In this document: positions 51,871 through 64,000 of the stretch, in pieces | Layout: each line of letters opens with the position of its first letter | Position numbering within the stretch: position 1 is the stretch's first letter | Origin: Lama guanicoe | Taxonomy: Eukaryota | Direction of reading: 5' to 3' | DNA: 64,000 bases | Assembly (NCBI GenBank): GCA_013239625.1 | Contig: MU053520.1 | Span: forward strand, 648,934-712,933 | Notes under the pieces: generated by a model | What the model was told of the DNA's origin: nothing | The model's input: only the letters and a program-made list of their open reading frames with translations | The model's database searches: none | Translations under genes and position numbers: made by a program

Positions 51871-54800
51871 TTTTTTTAAATTGAGATACAGTCACTTATA
51901 ATGTGTCAATTTCTGGTGTACAGCACAATGTCCAAGGCATCATATATATACATATATTCATTATTCATATTCTTTTAATGAATAGTTATTAGAGGATACT
52001 GAACTTAGTTCCCTATGCTATACAAAAGAAAAATTTTAAAAATCTATTTATATATATAGTGGCTAACATCTGTAAATCTCAAACTCCCAAATTTATCCCT
52101 TCTCACTCCCTCTCCCTGATTACCATAAGATTGTTTACTAAGTCTGTGAGTCTGTTTCTGTCTTGTAGATGAGTTCATAGTGTCCTTTTTTCCTTTTTAT
52201 TCCTTTTTTTTAGATTCCACATATGAGTGACGTCATATGGTATTTTTCTTTCTCTTTCTGGCTTACTTTACTTAGAATGACAATCTCTAGGTCCATCCAT
52301 GTTGCTGCAAATGGCATTATTTTATTACTTTTTATGGCTGACTAGTATTCCAATATATAAATATACCACACTTCTTCATCCAGTCATCTGTTGATGGACA
52401 TTTAAGTTGTTTCTATGTCTTGGCTTTTGTATATAGTGCTGCTATGAACATTGGGGTGCATGTATCTTTTCAAATTAGAGTTCCCTCTGGTTATATACCC
52501 AAAAGTGGGATTGCTGGATTATATGGTAAATCTATTTTTAGTTTTTTGAGGACTCTCCATACTGCTTTCCAAAATGGCTGCACCAACCTACATTCCCACC
52601 AGCAGTGTAGGAGGGTTCCCTTTTCTCCACATCCTCTCCAGCATTTATCATTCATGGACTTTTGAATGATGGCCATTCTGACTGGTGTGAGGTAATAAAT
52701 ACCTCATTGTAGTTTTGATTTGCATTTCTCTGATAATTAGTGATATTTAGCAATTTTTCATGTGCCTATTGGCCATTTGTATGTCTTTGTTGGAGAATTG
52801 CTTGTTTAGGTCTTCTGCCCATTTTTGGATTGAGTTGTTTTTCTTGTTATTAAGTTGTATGAGCTGTTTATATATTTTGGATATTAAGCCCTTGTCAGTC
52901 TCATCTTTTACAAAAATTTTCTCCCATTCCATAAATTGTATTTTTGTTTTGCTGATGGTTTCATTTGCTATTCAAAAACTTATACATTTAATTAGGTCCC
53001 ATTTGTTAATTTTTGCTCTTATTTCTATTGCCTAGGTAGACTGCCCTAGGAGAACATTACTAAGATTTATGTCAGAGAATGCTATGCCTACGTTTCTCCT
53101 AGGAGATTTATTGTGTCTTGTCTTATATTTAAGTCTTTAAGACATTTTGAATTTATTTTTGTGTATGGACTGAGGGAGTGTTCTAACTTCATTGATTTAC
53201 ATGCTGCTGTCCAGTTTTCCCAGCACCACTTGCTGAAGAGACTGTCTTTTCTCCATTGTGTATTGTTGATTCTTGTTGAAGATTAATTGAACATCGATCT
53301 GTGAGTTTATTTCTAGGCTCTCTATTCGGGTCCATTGATCTATGTCTGTTTTTATGCCAGTACCGTGCTGTTTTGATTACTGTAGCTCTGTATTATTGTC
53401 TAAAGTCTGGGAGGGTAATTCTTCCAGCTCCATTCTTTTTCTAGAATATTGCTTTGCCTATTTTGGGTCTTAAGTGTTTCCATATAGATTTTAGGATTAT
53501 TGTTCTAGTTCTGTGAAAAATTTCCTGAGTAATTTGATAGGGATCATATTAAATCTGTAGATTGCCTTGGGCAGTATGGTCATTTTAACAATATTGATTC
53601 TTCCAATCCAAGAACATGGGATATATTTCCATTTCTTTAAGTCTTCTTTAATTAACATAATCAATGTTTTGTAGTTTTGAGCACATAAATCTTTCACCCT
53701 CTTGGTCAGATTTATTCCTAAGCATTTTATTGCTTTGGATGCAATTTTAGAGTGATTATTTCTTTACTTTCATTTCCTACTAAGTCATTATTAGCGTAAA
53801 GAAATACAACTGATTTTTATATGTTGATCTTGTATCCTGCTATCTTGTCAAATTCTTTCATCTGCTCTAGTAGTTTTTGTGTGGATCCTTTAGGATTTTC
53901 TATGTATAATATCATGTCGTCTACATATAATGACAATTTTATCTCTTCACTTCCAATTTGGATCCCTTTTATTTCTTTTTTTTTAATTGAGTTATAGTCA
54001 GTTTACAATGTTGTGTCAATTTCCAGTGTAGAGCACAATTTTTCAGTTATACATGAACATATGTATAATCGTTGATGCATTCTTTTTCACTGTGAGCTAC
54101 CACAAGATCTTGCATATATTTCCCTGTGCTATACAGTTTAATCTTGTTTATCTATTCTCCATATGCCTGTCATTACTACAAATTTCAAACTCCCAGTCTG
54201 TCCCTTCCCATCCCCCTCCCCCTGGCAACCACAAGTTTCTATTCTATGTCTATGAGTCTGTTTTTGTTTTTATGTTCATTTGACTTTTTCTTTTTTCTTT
54301 TCTTTTCTTTTTTTTTTTTTAGATTCCTCATATGAGCAATCTCAGTCTCATATGATATTTTTCTTTCTTTCTCTGACTTACTTCACTTAGAATGACATTC
54401 TCCAGGGACATCCATGTTGCTGCAAATGGCGTTATGTTGTCATTTTATGGCTGAATAGTATTCCATTGTATAAATATACCACATCTTCTTTATCCAGTCA
54501 TCTGTTGATGGACACTTAGGGCGTTTCCATGTCTTGGTTATTGTAAATAGTGCTGCTACGAACATTGGGGTGCAAATGTCTTTTTGAAGTAGGGTTCCTT
54601 CTGGATATATAGATCCCTTTTATTTCTTTTTCTTGTCTGATTGCTATGGCTAGGTTTTCCAGGACTACGTTGAATAAAACTGGTGAGATTGGGCATCCTT
54701 GTCTTGTTCAGATTTTAGTTTTTCACTGTGGAGTATTATGCTGACTGTGGTTTTGTTATAAATAGCTTTTATTATGTTGAGATATGTTCCTTCTATGTTC

Positions 54801-55540
54801 ACTTTTGTAAGAATTTTTATCATAAATGAGTGTTCAATTTTATCAAATACTTTTTCTGTATCTATTGTGATTATTATGAGGTTTTTGTCCTTTCTTTTGT
54901 GGTTGTGGTGTATCACATTGATTGATTTGCATATGCTGAACCATAATTGTGTCCTTGGGTTGAATCCAACATGATCATAGTGTATGATCTTTTTTATGTG
55001 TTGTTGGATTCTGTTTGCTAATACTTTGTTAAGGATTTTTGCACCTATATTCATCAGTGGTATTGGGCTGTAGTTTTCTTTTTTGGTAATGTCTTTGGTT
55101 TTGATATCAGGGTGGTTGTGGCTTCACAGTATGAGTTTGGGAGTGTTCCCTCATCTTCAATCTTTTGGAAGAGTTTGAGAAAGACCACTGTGAGTTCTTC
55201 TTTGTATGTTTGGTAGAATTGCCCAGTGAAGCCATCTGGTCCTGGACTTTTGTTTGCAGGGAGGTTTTTTATTGCTGATTCTATTTCATTTCTGGTGATT
55301 GGTCTGTTCACGTGGTCTATTTCTTCTTGATTCATTCTTGGTGGACTGTATGTTTCCAGAAACTTGTCAATTTCTTCTAGATTATTCTCTTTGTTTCTGT
55401 ATAATTGTTCATAGTGTTCTCTTATGTTTTTTGTATTCCTGTAATACTAGTTGTAATCTCTCCATTTTCCTTTCTTATTTTGTTTATTTCTGTGCTCTCC
55501 CTTTTTTTCTTGGTGAGACTGGCCAGATGCTTGTCAATTA
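51871..55540 (-). mobile_element. 5'-truncated L1 (host element; ORF2 from upstream of the Z domain/RT to the 3' UTR)
   Basis: Minus-strand peptides [82 protein letters not shown] tract at 51871. Confidence 0.95.
53981..54611 (-). mobile_element. Young L1 3' fragment nested in the RT region of the host L1
   Basis: Second L1 3' UTR; direct repeat GATCCCTTTTATTTCTTTTT at 53961-53980 and 54612-54631 (TSD). Confidence 0.93.
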
Positions 55541-58184
55541 TATTTCTAAGAGTTTAGAATGTACTGAGAAAGTCTTCCAGTTCTTTCTCCTCCTCAGGCA
55601 AAGCACCCACATTGCTTTTAACACTTGTGGATGATGCTTGAATCTGAATGGAATAAAAATCAAGGACACTACATCTATGCCTCCAGCCTCACAAGCCTCT
55701 CTTGTAGGGTTGAATTCTCAAGTGAAATGAATTTTTTTTTTTTGCCACTCCCCTTGGTAGCTCTTTGCCCAACTCTTTTGACAATTGTTCTTTTGTCAGA
55801 ACAGTTCATTGCTTGGGGCTTTTCTCTGCAATAGTAAGAATTTTCTAGTCTGATTTTTCTCCCAGTAGATTTTGTCTGTTTTATTACATACTGTTTCCTC
55901 AGTGTCTAAGATCATACCTGACATATAATATGCACTCATAGAACTAATTGTGTTCGATGAAGCATGCTCTTCATTGAAAGGAAAACTACTCTCCTTTCAA
56001 TGAATTCAAAGACACCCTAGGTGAGGAAGAACCCTTTCTTAATTCAAAAAGATAAGAAATATATAAGAAGTAAAATGGTTTGCTAAAAATACCAATTGTA
56101 TTGGTTAACTGAGTCAGGAGAGAACTGCATTAAAATATTCATCGCTTAACTTAGACCAGACTCAGTTTACTACAATAATGATAGTAGCACGTGATGGTCA
56201 CAGAGCTCATTTGTAAAATAGATACATTATTAAAGAAGGATTTGTTAAGTAATAAAAAGTTGAATGTTGAATCTTATTTTTTTCCTTTGACTTTCATTAA
56301 AACATTTGATGAAACTAATTTTTAAACTGATTCCCCTCTTATCAACCTATGAACAAAATTAATCTCTTAACAGACAAATTTTTAGAAAATGTTATTACTG
56401 AACCCTAATGGATAAGTCATGGATTGTAATGAAAGTACTTCATGTCTGTAGGATTTTTGTAAAAACCATTGGTCCAATAACTTAAAGCCCTAAGGAAAAG
56501 CATTGAAACTGTCATAACTAAATAGAACACAGAAGACTGAAAAGTCTCTGTTTTAATTAAGACTTCTTTTATAGTATTTTCAGTAGAACTCTTGGTCACT
56601 GCAAATATTCTATAGGTAATTTAATTTAATCTGTAATTATTTTTATAGTTTTTATCCTTGCTTTGATGGCATATTGTAATATACTAAATACAATTGATCC
56701 ATTCTCAGTCCCTCAGCAATGAAATGTCTATACAAATAAATATTCTTCTGACTATGTATTATCTCTTTTAATAGCAGGTTTGTGGGTGATCCACACTCTA
56801 ACTAGAAAACATGCAGGTGTTATTAGTGCAATTATGCCACCATGGAAAAGATTAACCAAAATACCCACAACAGGTCAGTTCAGTAATGATAAACTAAAGC
56901 AATAATATTTAATTGATACCAAGGATAGCCCAAAGTCAAAACAACTCTGATGGTGAACAGGTAACAAAATTTCCTGCAGAAAAATATGGAAATCCCAATT
57001 AGTGATAGGAGCTTTGAAAGTTATCTGGCATTTGTAGAAGCCAAATTTCTTAACAGAATAGCAAATTGGGATTTTCATGAATCTTTACTAACATTCCACA
57101 TATAACTTATGAGTAGCAAGTTGTATTAGGTGTTAATAGCTCAGTAGCTTATTTATAAATAGTTTTAATTGTTGTTTTGAGGCCCAAAACTAAGCCAAAA
57201 CCAGGCTTCAAAGGCAGTGCATAACACACATTCATATAAGACCAGGCTAGCCTTTGGTATAGTTGAGTGTGAGTCCCAGGTATCTAGAAATAACAATCAA
57301 AAGATGCTAAAAGAATTTCTTACTTTAGAATCTTTCATCCTATGTGGTCTAAATCAGCTTCCATAATTACATATCACTTATTTCTTCAGTGTATTACCAA
57401 AAACTGTTTCAAATGGAAACTTTACTATTGATATCTACCTCGATATTTTATAACTATTAAGCCATAATGGATCATTATTTCAGAAGATCAATGACTTTAT
57501 TATATCCTCCAGAAAAGGTAAAGAGGAAAGAATGTAAAGTGAAGCAAAATTTATTAGGATGTAGTTTTGGGTTTGAATACGGTTTTGTGAAAACTAAAAC
57601 GAGCAATCTGGATCTTCTGAATCTGTTTCCTTACATAAAAATTGGGTATACCCCCACCTCAGTTGTGGTTTACAAAACTTTCTTTCATGATTAGGCAAGC
57701 TATGTGACTGGTTCACAAAATACTGGCTTCTCTTTCTAGCCTTCATATTTCACTTAAGTGCGAGAGAGTAGAACACAGCAAGGATGTTTTGATGAGAAGT
57801 TAGTATAACGTATGAATAATAGAATTCTACCACTATTAAACTGAGAAAACTTCATAAATCAGGAACAGTTGTGTGGACATGAAGTGACTTTGGAGAGTTA
57901 AATAAATGAATTATTATATTAAGGAATGGCACCAAGCATGCTCAGAAATCTTTTGGTCTACTGAAAATACCAGGTAATTTTTAAAAGCAGATCACATACA
58001 GATGGAAATCCCTGTGAATTACTTTCTTATCCTGAATTAAAATATATATACAGAAAGTTCAGGTTAACCATGTAACTAGCCTTCAGATTAGGAAATATGA
58101 CATGCATAAAGCACTCCTCAAACCATCTCCCCTCCCTTTATATTATGTGGGTTTCAAGACTTCAGGGCAACCGTGTATACAACA

Positions 58185-58560
58185 TGGGTCAAGTGTGTTA
58201 ATTGTGCTGTTCAGATATTTTGTATCCTGACTGATATTTTTCCTGTTTATTCTGTCAGTCATGGAGGAAAGCTTGTTGAATATTTCCCTTTATGGTAGCA
58301 GGTTGCTATATTTTCTCTTTTTGTTAAGCTAATAGTTGACTGTTTAATTTTGAACCTGTATTTTGGGTTTCAAAATTTAGGATGATTATATATTCATGTA
58401 AGATTGATGACTTTATCACTAGAATATTCTTCTTTATATCTAGTAAAGCTTTTCCTGAAAGTGGTCTTTGTCTGATATTAATTTGGTGATACCACCTATA
58501 ATTCAGGGAGCATTTTCATAGCCTTTTTTTTCCCCATTATTTAAATTTCAATTTCTGAGT
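58185..58560 (-). mobile_element. Old L1M endonuclease-region fragment
   Basis: GTCAAGTGTGTTAATTGTGCTGTTCAGATATT...CTTTGTCTGATATTAAT. Confidence 0.6.
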
Positions 58561-59093
58561 TCTCTCTGCTGGTCTTGGCTACTTTTTCTCAAGTCCAAAT
58601 TGTGTCTTCAGATTTCCTTTCCAAAATGTTTATTTCAGTGTTCCCCTTACCTCATCCCATACTCCTGCCTTTGCAATTTCAAGCTCTCTACTCTGTGCCC
58701 CATGGTTTCTGGCCACAGTGTATATGTAATCATTTGATCTTGGTACTTAAAAAATTATTCCCACTACCTCCTTATCTATGTCCCCTTTAGTCATAAGTAT
58801 TTATTCTACTCAGTTTTAAATACCCCACATGAATTTTTTTCTATGTAGTCTTCCTGACTCACCTTCTCTAAATTCCCATGGCTTTAAATTACTATAGTAA
58901 TATACCCATACTTTTCAGAAAGTACTTCTTCTGGGTACTCAGTATTAATTTTCTATCTTATTTTCTATACTAGACTTTAAACCTATAATGCTAAAATAAC
59001 AAAATCATGAAAATATGAAATAAATCTATTTTTAAACATTTCACTGATTGCAAAAATAACACAAAGGAATTGTGGAAGTTTCTGAAAGGCCAT

Positions 59094-59478
59094 TGTATTA
59101 GTTTGCTAGAGCTGTCATGACAAAATGCCACAGACTAGGTGGCTTAAACAATAGAAGTTTATTTTCTCACAGCTTTGAAAGTGGAAGTCGAAATCAAGGT
59201 CCTGGCAGGCTTGGTTTCTCTGAGACTTCTGTGCTTGGTTTGCAGATAATCATTTTCCTGCTGTGTCCTCACACGGCCTTTTCTCTGTGCATCCACTCTT
59301 GGTTTCTCTTCCTTGTCTTATAAAGGCACCAATCCTATTGGATTGAAACCCCACTCTTATGAACTCATTTAGAATGAGCTACCTCTTTAAAGGACCAAGT
59401 CTAATCACTTTCCTCGGTAATATTTTGGATTAGGACTTCAAATATGAATGTTGAGGAAACATAATTCAGCCCATAACA
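59094..59478 (-). mobile_element. MaLR solo LTR (MLT1A/B-like)
   Basis: TGTATTAGTTTGCTAGAGCTG...ATAATTCAGCCCATAACA; perfect 5-bp TSD GCCAT (59089-59093 / 59479-59483). Confidence 0.92.
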
Positions 59479-59844
59479 GCCATGGAGAAGAAATCAAAAA
59501 CACAAGCCATGTGCAACCTCATCACAAAGAGATAAGTCTATCCATTACAAACAGCCTATATTAAGCAGTCTAATATTTGAACTTTGTGCACAAATTGTGT
59601 TATTTTCTTTGGTCAGTTTCATATGGAGGAGACCACAGAACTGGAAGAGAACTGTTTCGTGGGCTCATGAAACATTTTGCAAACAGATCTGCAGAAAATA
59701 CTTTAATCGCTTTATTTCCATGCAAGCAACAAGAAACCAATATTGACCTTTACAATTCTGTAACTCCTCTTAGCTAACTGATGAGAAAAAGTGGGTATCT
59801 TGTATTAACTTTAATGCATCTACTTAATTTAAATGCTAACAGTG

Positions 59845-60110
59845 TTACTGATTTATTCAACAAATATTTGCACATGTCTATTATGTTCCTGGTACTCTGC
59901 AGGGATTCAAGGTGCCATGAGGGACAAAACAGACAAAAGTTCCTCTCTCTAGAAACGTAACTCTGGGATAGGGAAAAAAAAACTTAAAATGGCACAACAA
60001 ATGGTTTTATAAATACAAATGATAATGTGTGCTGTGCAGTGTTAGGAGAGCATATAGGCTAGTGACTTAACCTAACCAGGGGGTGAGTGCAATTTCCCCG
60101 AAGTGATGTT
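59845..60110 (-). mobile_element. L2 3' fragment
   Basis: ATTTATTCAACAAATATTTG...AAAACAGACAAAAGTTCCT. Confidence 0.7.
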
Positions 60111-60436
60111 TATTCTTGTTAATTGATTAGTTTTATTCTTTTGTGAACTAGACTACATGCCTATTTTTCAATTGGGGTGTTTGTCTTTTTCTAATTAACC
60201 ACATTAAAGAAGATTTCAAAGCAAAATAAATCCTTCTGATGCCATAATCCAAAAGTAGGGACTAAAGTGTTTATTATGAATTGCTTTCAGTTCAATGCAT
60301 ATATATATGTATTTTGTAAGTATTTATTCAATATGGTTATACAATTTTGGACTCTCTTCTTTCTCTGATAATAATCTGTAATTACTTTGACTGATTATTT
60401 CTACATTGTTTCTACTTCCTTTGTAAGCATTTACTA

Positions 60437-60530
60437 TTTTTTATTTATTTATTTTCTCGGGGGAGGTGATTAGGTTTACAAATTTATTAATTTTTCTGAT
60501 CGAGGTCCTGGGCTATGCCTCTCCCCGCCC
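60437..60530 (-). mobile_element. Camelid Vic-1-like tRNA-derived SINE, internally deleted
   Basis: TTTATTTATT...GGGGGAGGTGATTAGGTTTA...GAGGTCCTGGGCTATGCCTCTCCCC matches the two ends of the recalled camelid SINE consensus. Confidence 0.65.
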
Positions 60531-60699
60531 CATTGTTTCCATTTTCTGTCTTTCTAACCAGAATCTAAGTACAAGAGTGCATGGCTCTTGTCTGTCTCGT
60601 TCTGTATATCACTAAGGCTTGGCACAAGTTGGCTAGTCATCAAATATACTTTGGATAATAAAACATAAGTACTTTTCATGAATACAATTCTAATACTTA

Positions 60700-60870
60700 A
60701 TATTTTAAACATTATGCTCATTCATTTTATCTTCTATCTCTTCACTTTCCCTCCTGCTCATTAGAATATATGCTGCATAAGAGCAGAGATTCTGATCTGT
60801 TTTCTTCACGTGGTATCCCCTAGTGCCAAGAACAAAACCTGGCCTCACGGGTACCCAGTAAATGTTTGTG
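60700..60870 (+). mobile_element. L2 3' end
   Basis: TTAGAATATATGCTGCATAAGAGCAGAGA...GTATCCCCTAGTGCCAAGAAC...CAGTAAATGTTTG. Confidence 0.7.
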
Positions 60871-61374
60871 GGCCTAGTGGAAAGTGGCAGAGCTGTGATT
60901 CCTGGTGCTGCTCAGTCCTTTACCCATGAAGGGCTCAGCCTACATGAGGCACCCTCTTTTTTCTTGGGGCAGGGTCACCATGTTCTTGGTAACACTTTTC
61001 AAGGTGGTACAGACCTCCAGCTCCTCCTGGGCCTCGGGCAGAGTGATCATCCCCTTACGGAGCATGCACCGCATCCCTGGGGCTCGGAAGGTCACAGGAC
61101 TGGGTGAGGCCCTGGCCATCGAGGCTGCTGCTCCCTGGGTCATTGCTCAGGGCAGGGAGAGCTGCAAGGAACACACTTTGTAGACTTTTCGAGGAAGAGG
61201 AAGTCTCCAGAGGGACCTCCCAAGCCCAGACCTTGAACCAACCACCACCAAAACATGAAGCTCATTCATGCTTTGAGAAGATGCACACATCCAGCCTGTT
61301 ATTCCCAAATCCCAACCCAGGGGAGAGAAGGGAAATGGGGAGGAGGTGTCCCACACCAGTACTGTGCTGACGGC

Positions 61375-61555
61375 TTACTTTATCGAGTTGTTTAATCTCT
61401 GCACCTGTGGCATGAGACAGATGATATTATAAATCTGCACATTTCACAGATGAAGAAACCAAAGCACAGGGTGGCCAAGAGACTTGCCCAAGGACACCCA
61501 GCAAGTAAGTAGTAAAGTGCAGTTTGGAACTCAGAGCCACAGTCTTAACCACGGC
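61375..61555 (-). mobile_element. MIR SINE
   Basis: CATTTCACAGATGAAGAAACCAAAGCACAG...GACTTGCCCAAGGACACCCAGCAAGTAAGT...TCTTAACCAC. Confidence 0.8.
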
Positions 61556-61914
61556 TCCAGAAGTCAGCTCCACAAACACTACATGTGTACATGTGAGCTG
61601 GCACACATGTACCCTCTTCTCTAGAACAGAATTTACACACGAATCCTGGTGTGCAAGTATACTGTATCAGTACCTTTTATGTGGGGTGCAGGGATCAGCT
61701 CTGTGACCACCCCAGGGACACAGAGGCAGAAGGCCCTCCAGTAGCACGGAGAAACATTGCTCTAAAGGGTGCATTGAGACCCGGGACCTGGAAACCAGCT
61801 CCCAGGGAGACCTTGCACATAGCACGTCTCCATCTGAGCTTTCGAGTCTGCATCAGTAAATGCAAGGATTGATCCTACTGAGTCCTGGAGTTCCTTCCAG
61901 CCTTGATGTTCCAA

Positions 61915-62075
61915 AACAGGGTTCTCACCCTTTTAGCATCCCACTTACCCCAGAGTAACGTGCACCCACATGCAAACACACACATGCACACATACAATTT
62001 TGTCCACAATTAAGGGTTCATGGAGCCCCTGGAACACACTCACTGGTGGACTCCAAGCCTAGAGCCCCAAGGTCT
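61915..62075. mobile_element. hAT-Charlie-type MITE remnant (similar element at ~19570-19730)
   Basis: CAGGGGTTCTCA terminus; CACACATACAATTTTGTCCACAATTAAGGGTTCATGGAGCCCCTG. Confidence 0.5.
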
Positions 62076-62703
62076 AAGCTTCTCTCTGTTTCAGTCTTGA
62101 GAAGATGGGGAGCAGGAGACCCGTGAGAAGTTCTCCTGCAAAGAGCACTCGGGCTGAAGGGCATGGCCTGTTTTGGTCCATTTAAACTCAACCTTTCCTC
62201 TAGTCACACTTGATAGACTGAAGGCCAAGCTGTCCTTGACCTCAGGGGTCATGGAGGACTGACATCTGGAACACAGAGGGACAAGAATGAGTTCTTCCGT
62301 CTGCCCAGAACCACACCTCACCCACCATCACCTGCCGTGTAGCCAGCTCCCACTCCTTCCTTGAGACCCCTCTCAAATGGCACTTCCTCTTGGAAGCTTC
62401 TTTTATCCCTTCTCTGGTACAGACTCTGAGGCCCCATGAGGGTCGGACTCCACCCCAGGACCAAGCCAGGGTGGCAAGACTGTGATATGTAACATTTCTG
62501 AAGATAGTACAGTATTACCTAGACTGGATATATCATTAATTACTCTAACTTTGCCATTTATTTGACAATGCTTTCAAATATTACATAATTAATTTAATAT
62601 GTTAAACAACACTGTGATGCATGGATTTTTTCTTCATTTTTTTCCAAAATTGTCTCTATAATGTGAGAAAATTGATTCAAGGAGGATTTACCAAATTTGC
62701 AAG

Positions 62704-62935
62704 CAGTTCAGCATAGAAGAAAGCTTACAGACTTCAGAGATGGACTGCTTCTAATTCCAGGCTCCATCACTTACTAGCCTTGTGACCCTGAGCCTCTACT
62801 TCCTCATCTATGAAATGGGAGGTTATAATAATACATACCTTACAAGGTCATTGGGAGAATTAAGTGAGTTATTGTATGTTGTATTTAAAACAGTGCCTGA
62901 TATACAAACAACAATATATAATGGCTCACTGTTTT
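62704..62935 (+). mobile_element. Near full-length MIR SINE
   Basis: CCAGGCTCCATCACTTACTAGCCTTGTGACCCTG...TTCCTCATCTATGAAATGGGA...AAAACAGTGCCTGA. Confidence 0.85.
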
Positions 62936-63579
62936 TGTTGTGATGCTGTATTATCATAAATAGTGTAATATTTAATAATTGTGGCTTTTAAAACAAAACT
63001 GTTATAATTTTATACATTACTGTAATTATAAAATGATTTTAATTTTTATAAATTATTGAAATTTTTGTAAGACAAAATTATTCTAGCAAGCATTAGGTAT
63101 CCCCAAAAAAGGGTAGAGCTCTAAGAGGCTGGGGCCAAGTATCTTGTATTAAATACAGATGCAAGTTGCAAATTAACAAACTCAAAACCAGAAAGTACCT
63201 AGGGTAAAAAGCCAATTCTTAACTAATTATGTGAGACAAATACCATGTCGTTGGTAGCCACATTTTGGGGTGATTAGAGCCATAGAATGAGTTAATATTA
63301 CAAAAATGTATTGCCAGTACGGGCTACTGTGGGGCCTTCGGTGAGGCAGCAGGACTACAAGCAACCTCAAGCAGACAGATTTTAAAGGCGGTGAATTCTC
63401 TCACAATTTCTTCCTGTTATCCTTCTGAGTATGTTACCCATACTTATGCATTGACACATGATTATGCCATGTTGCTTTTCAAAACAAATGTCCAGATTTA
63501 ACTGTGAGATTCAGGAATCAATCTTTGTCTGATGAAGTTTTAATATCCCCACTGCTTTTCACCTTGGTATTCATTTAGA

Positions 63580-63790
63580 ATGTAGTTCTGCTGGGAGACA
63601 TAATGCATTAGCTATGTGACGTGGGTTAAGATAATTTATCCCTTCAAACCTTACAAATGAAACTTTCATTTGAAAAAAAAATGAGGATGCTAAAATTACT
63701 GTCCTCATTGGCTCGAGATGGAGCTCAGTGAGAAAATTCACGCAAAATGTTGAACAGAGTGCTTGACAAATAAGATGCCAACTATTATTG
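63580..63790 (+). mobile_element. MIR SINE
   Basis: TAGCTATGTGACGTGGGTTAAG...AACAGAGTGCTTGACAAATAAG...CTATTATT. Confidence 0.6.
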
Positions 63791-64000
63791 AAGGAGAGAA
63801 AATGAAGATGCTAGAAAGCATTGGCTCTAGAGTTAAACTGCCTCCATTTAAATCAAGTTCACTCATGGACATGATGCGAACTTAGATAAAGATGCTTATG
63901 GAAGATGGTATTACCATGCACTCATCTCTACTTCTCTCCTCGGGTAGCAAAGAGGGTGATACTTCCCTTTCCGACTGAGACTAGGTTTGGCCAACTAAGT

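Noticed and set aside
59577..59777. Possible coding exon (acceptor-like TTTTCTTTGGTCAG, 66-aa ORF)
   Set aside because: No recognisable homology or donor site; could be non-coding unique DNA
1..64000. CRISPR arrays, tRNA/rRNA/snRNA genes, CpG-island promoter, prokaryote-type systems
   Set aside because: None seen; the sequence is CpG-depleted mammalian DNA, and its tRNA-like parts belong to SINEs

Overview
Mammalian draft-assembly DNA. It is AT-rich and CpG-poor, with three N gaps. It is most likely camelid (alpaca/camel), judging from a Vic-1-like SINE and the L1 3' UTR style. I find no intact protein-coding gene. The window reads as a gene desert or a very large intron, and roughly half of it is retroelements: several generations of LINE-1 (two young L1 3' fragments are nested in older L1s with exact TSDs), L2, MIR, MaLR/ERVL solo LTRs and hAT MITEs. 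The one recognisable gene-derived sequence is a full-length processed pseudogene of RPL36AL on the minus strand (CDS remnant 43220-43525). It sits head-to-head against a 5'-truncated L1. The repeat-free blocks carry developmental-enhancer-like motif clusters, most notably two PBX-HOX + MEIS pairs at about 18.1-18.3 kb. A GC-rich unique block near 61 kb has exon-like splice signals. Repeat subfamily names come from recalled consensus sequences and are approximate. I see no convincing evidence of a new biological system, so the findings are candidates for checking.
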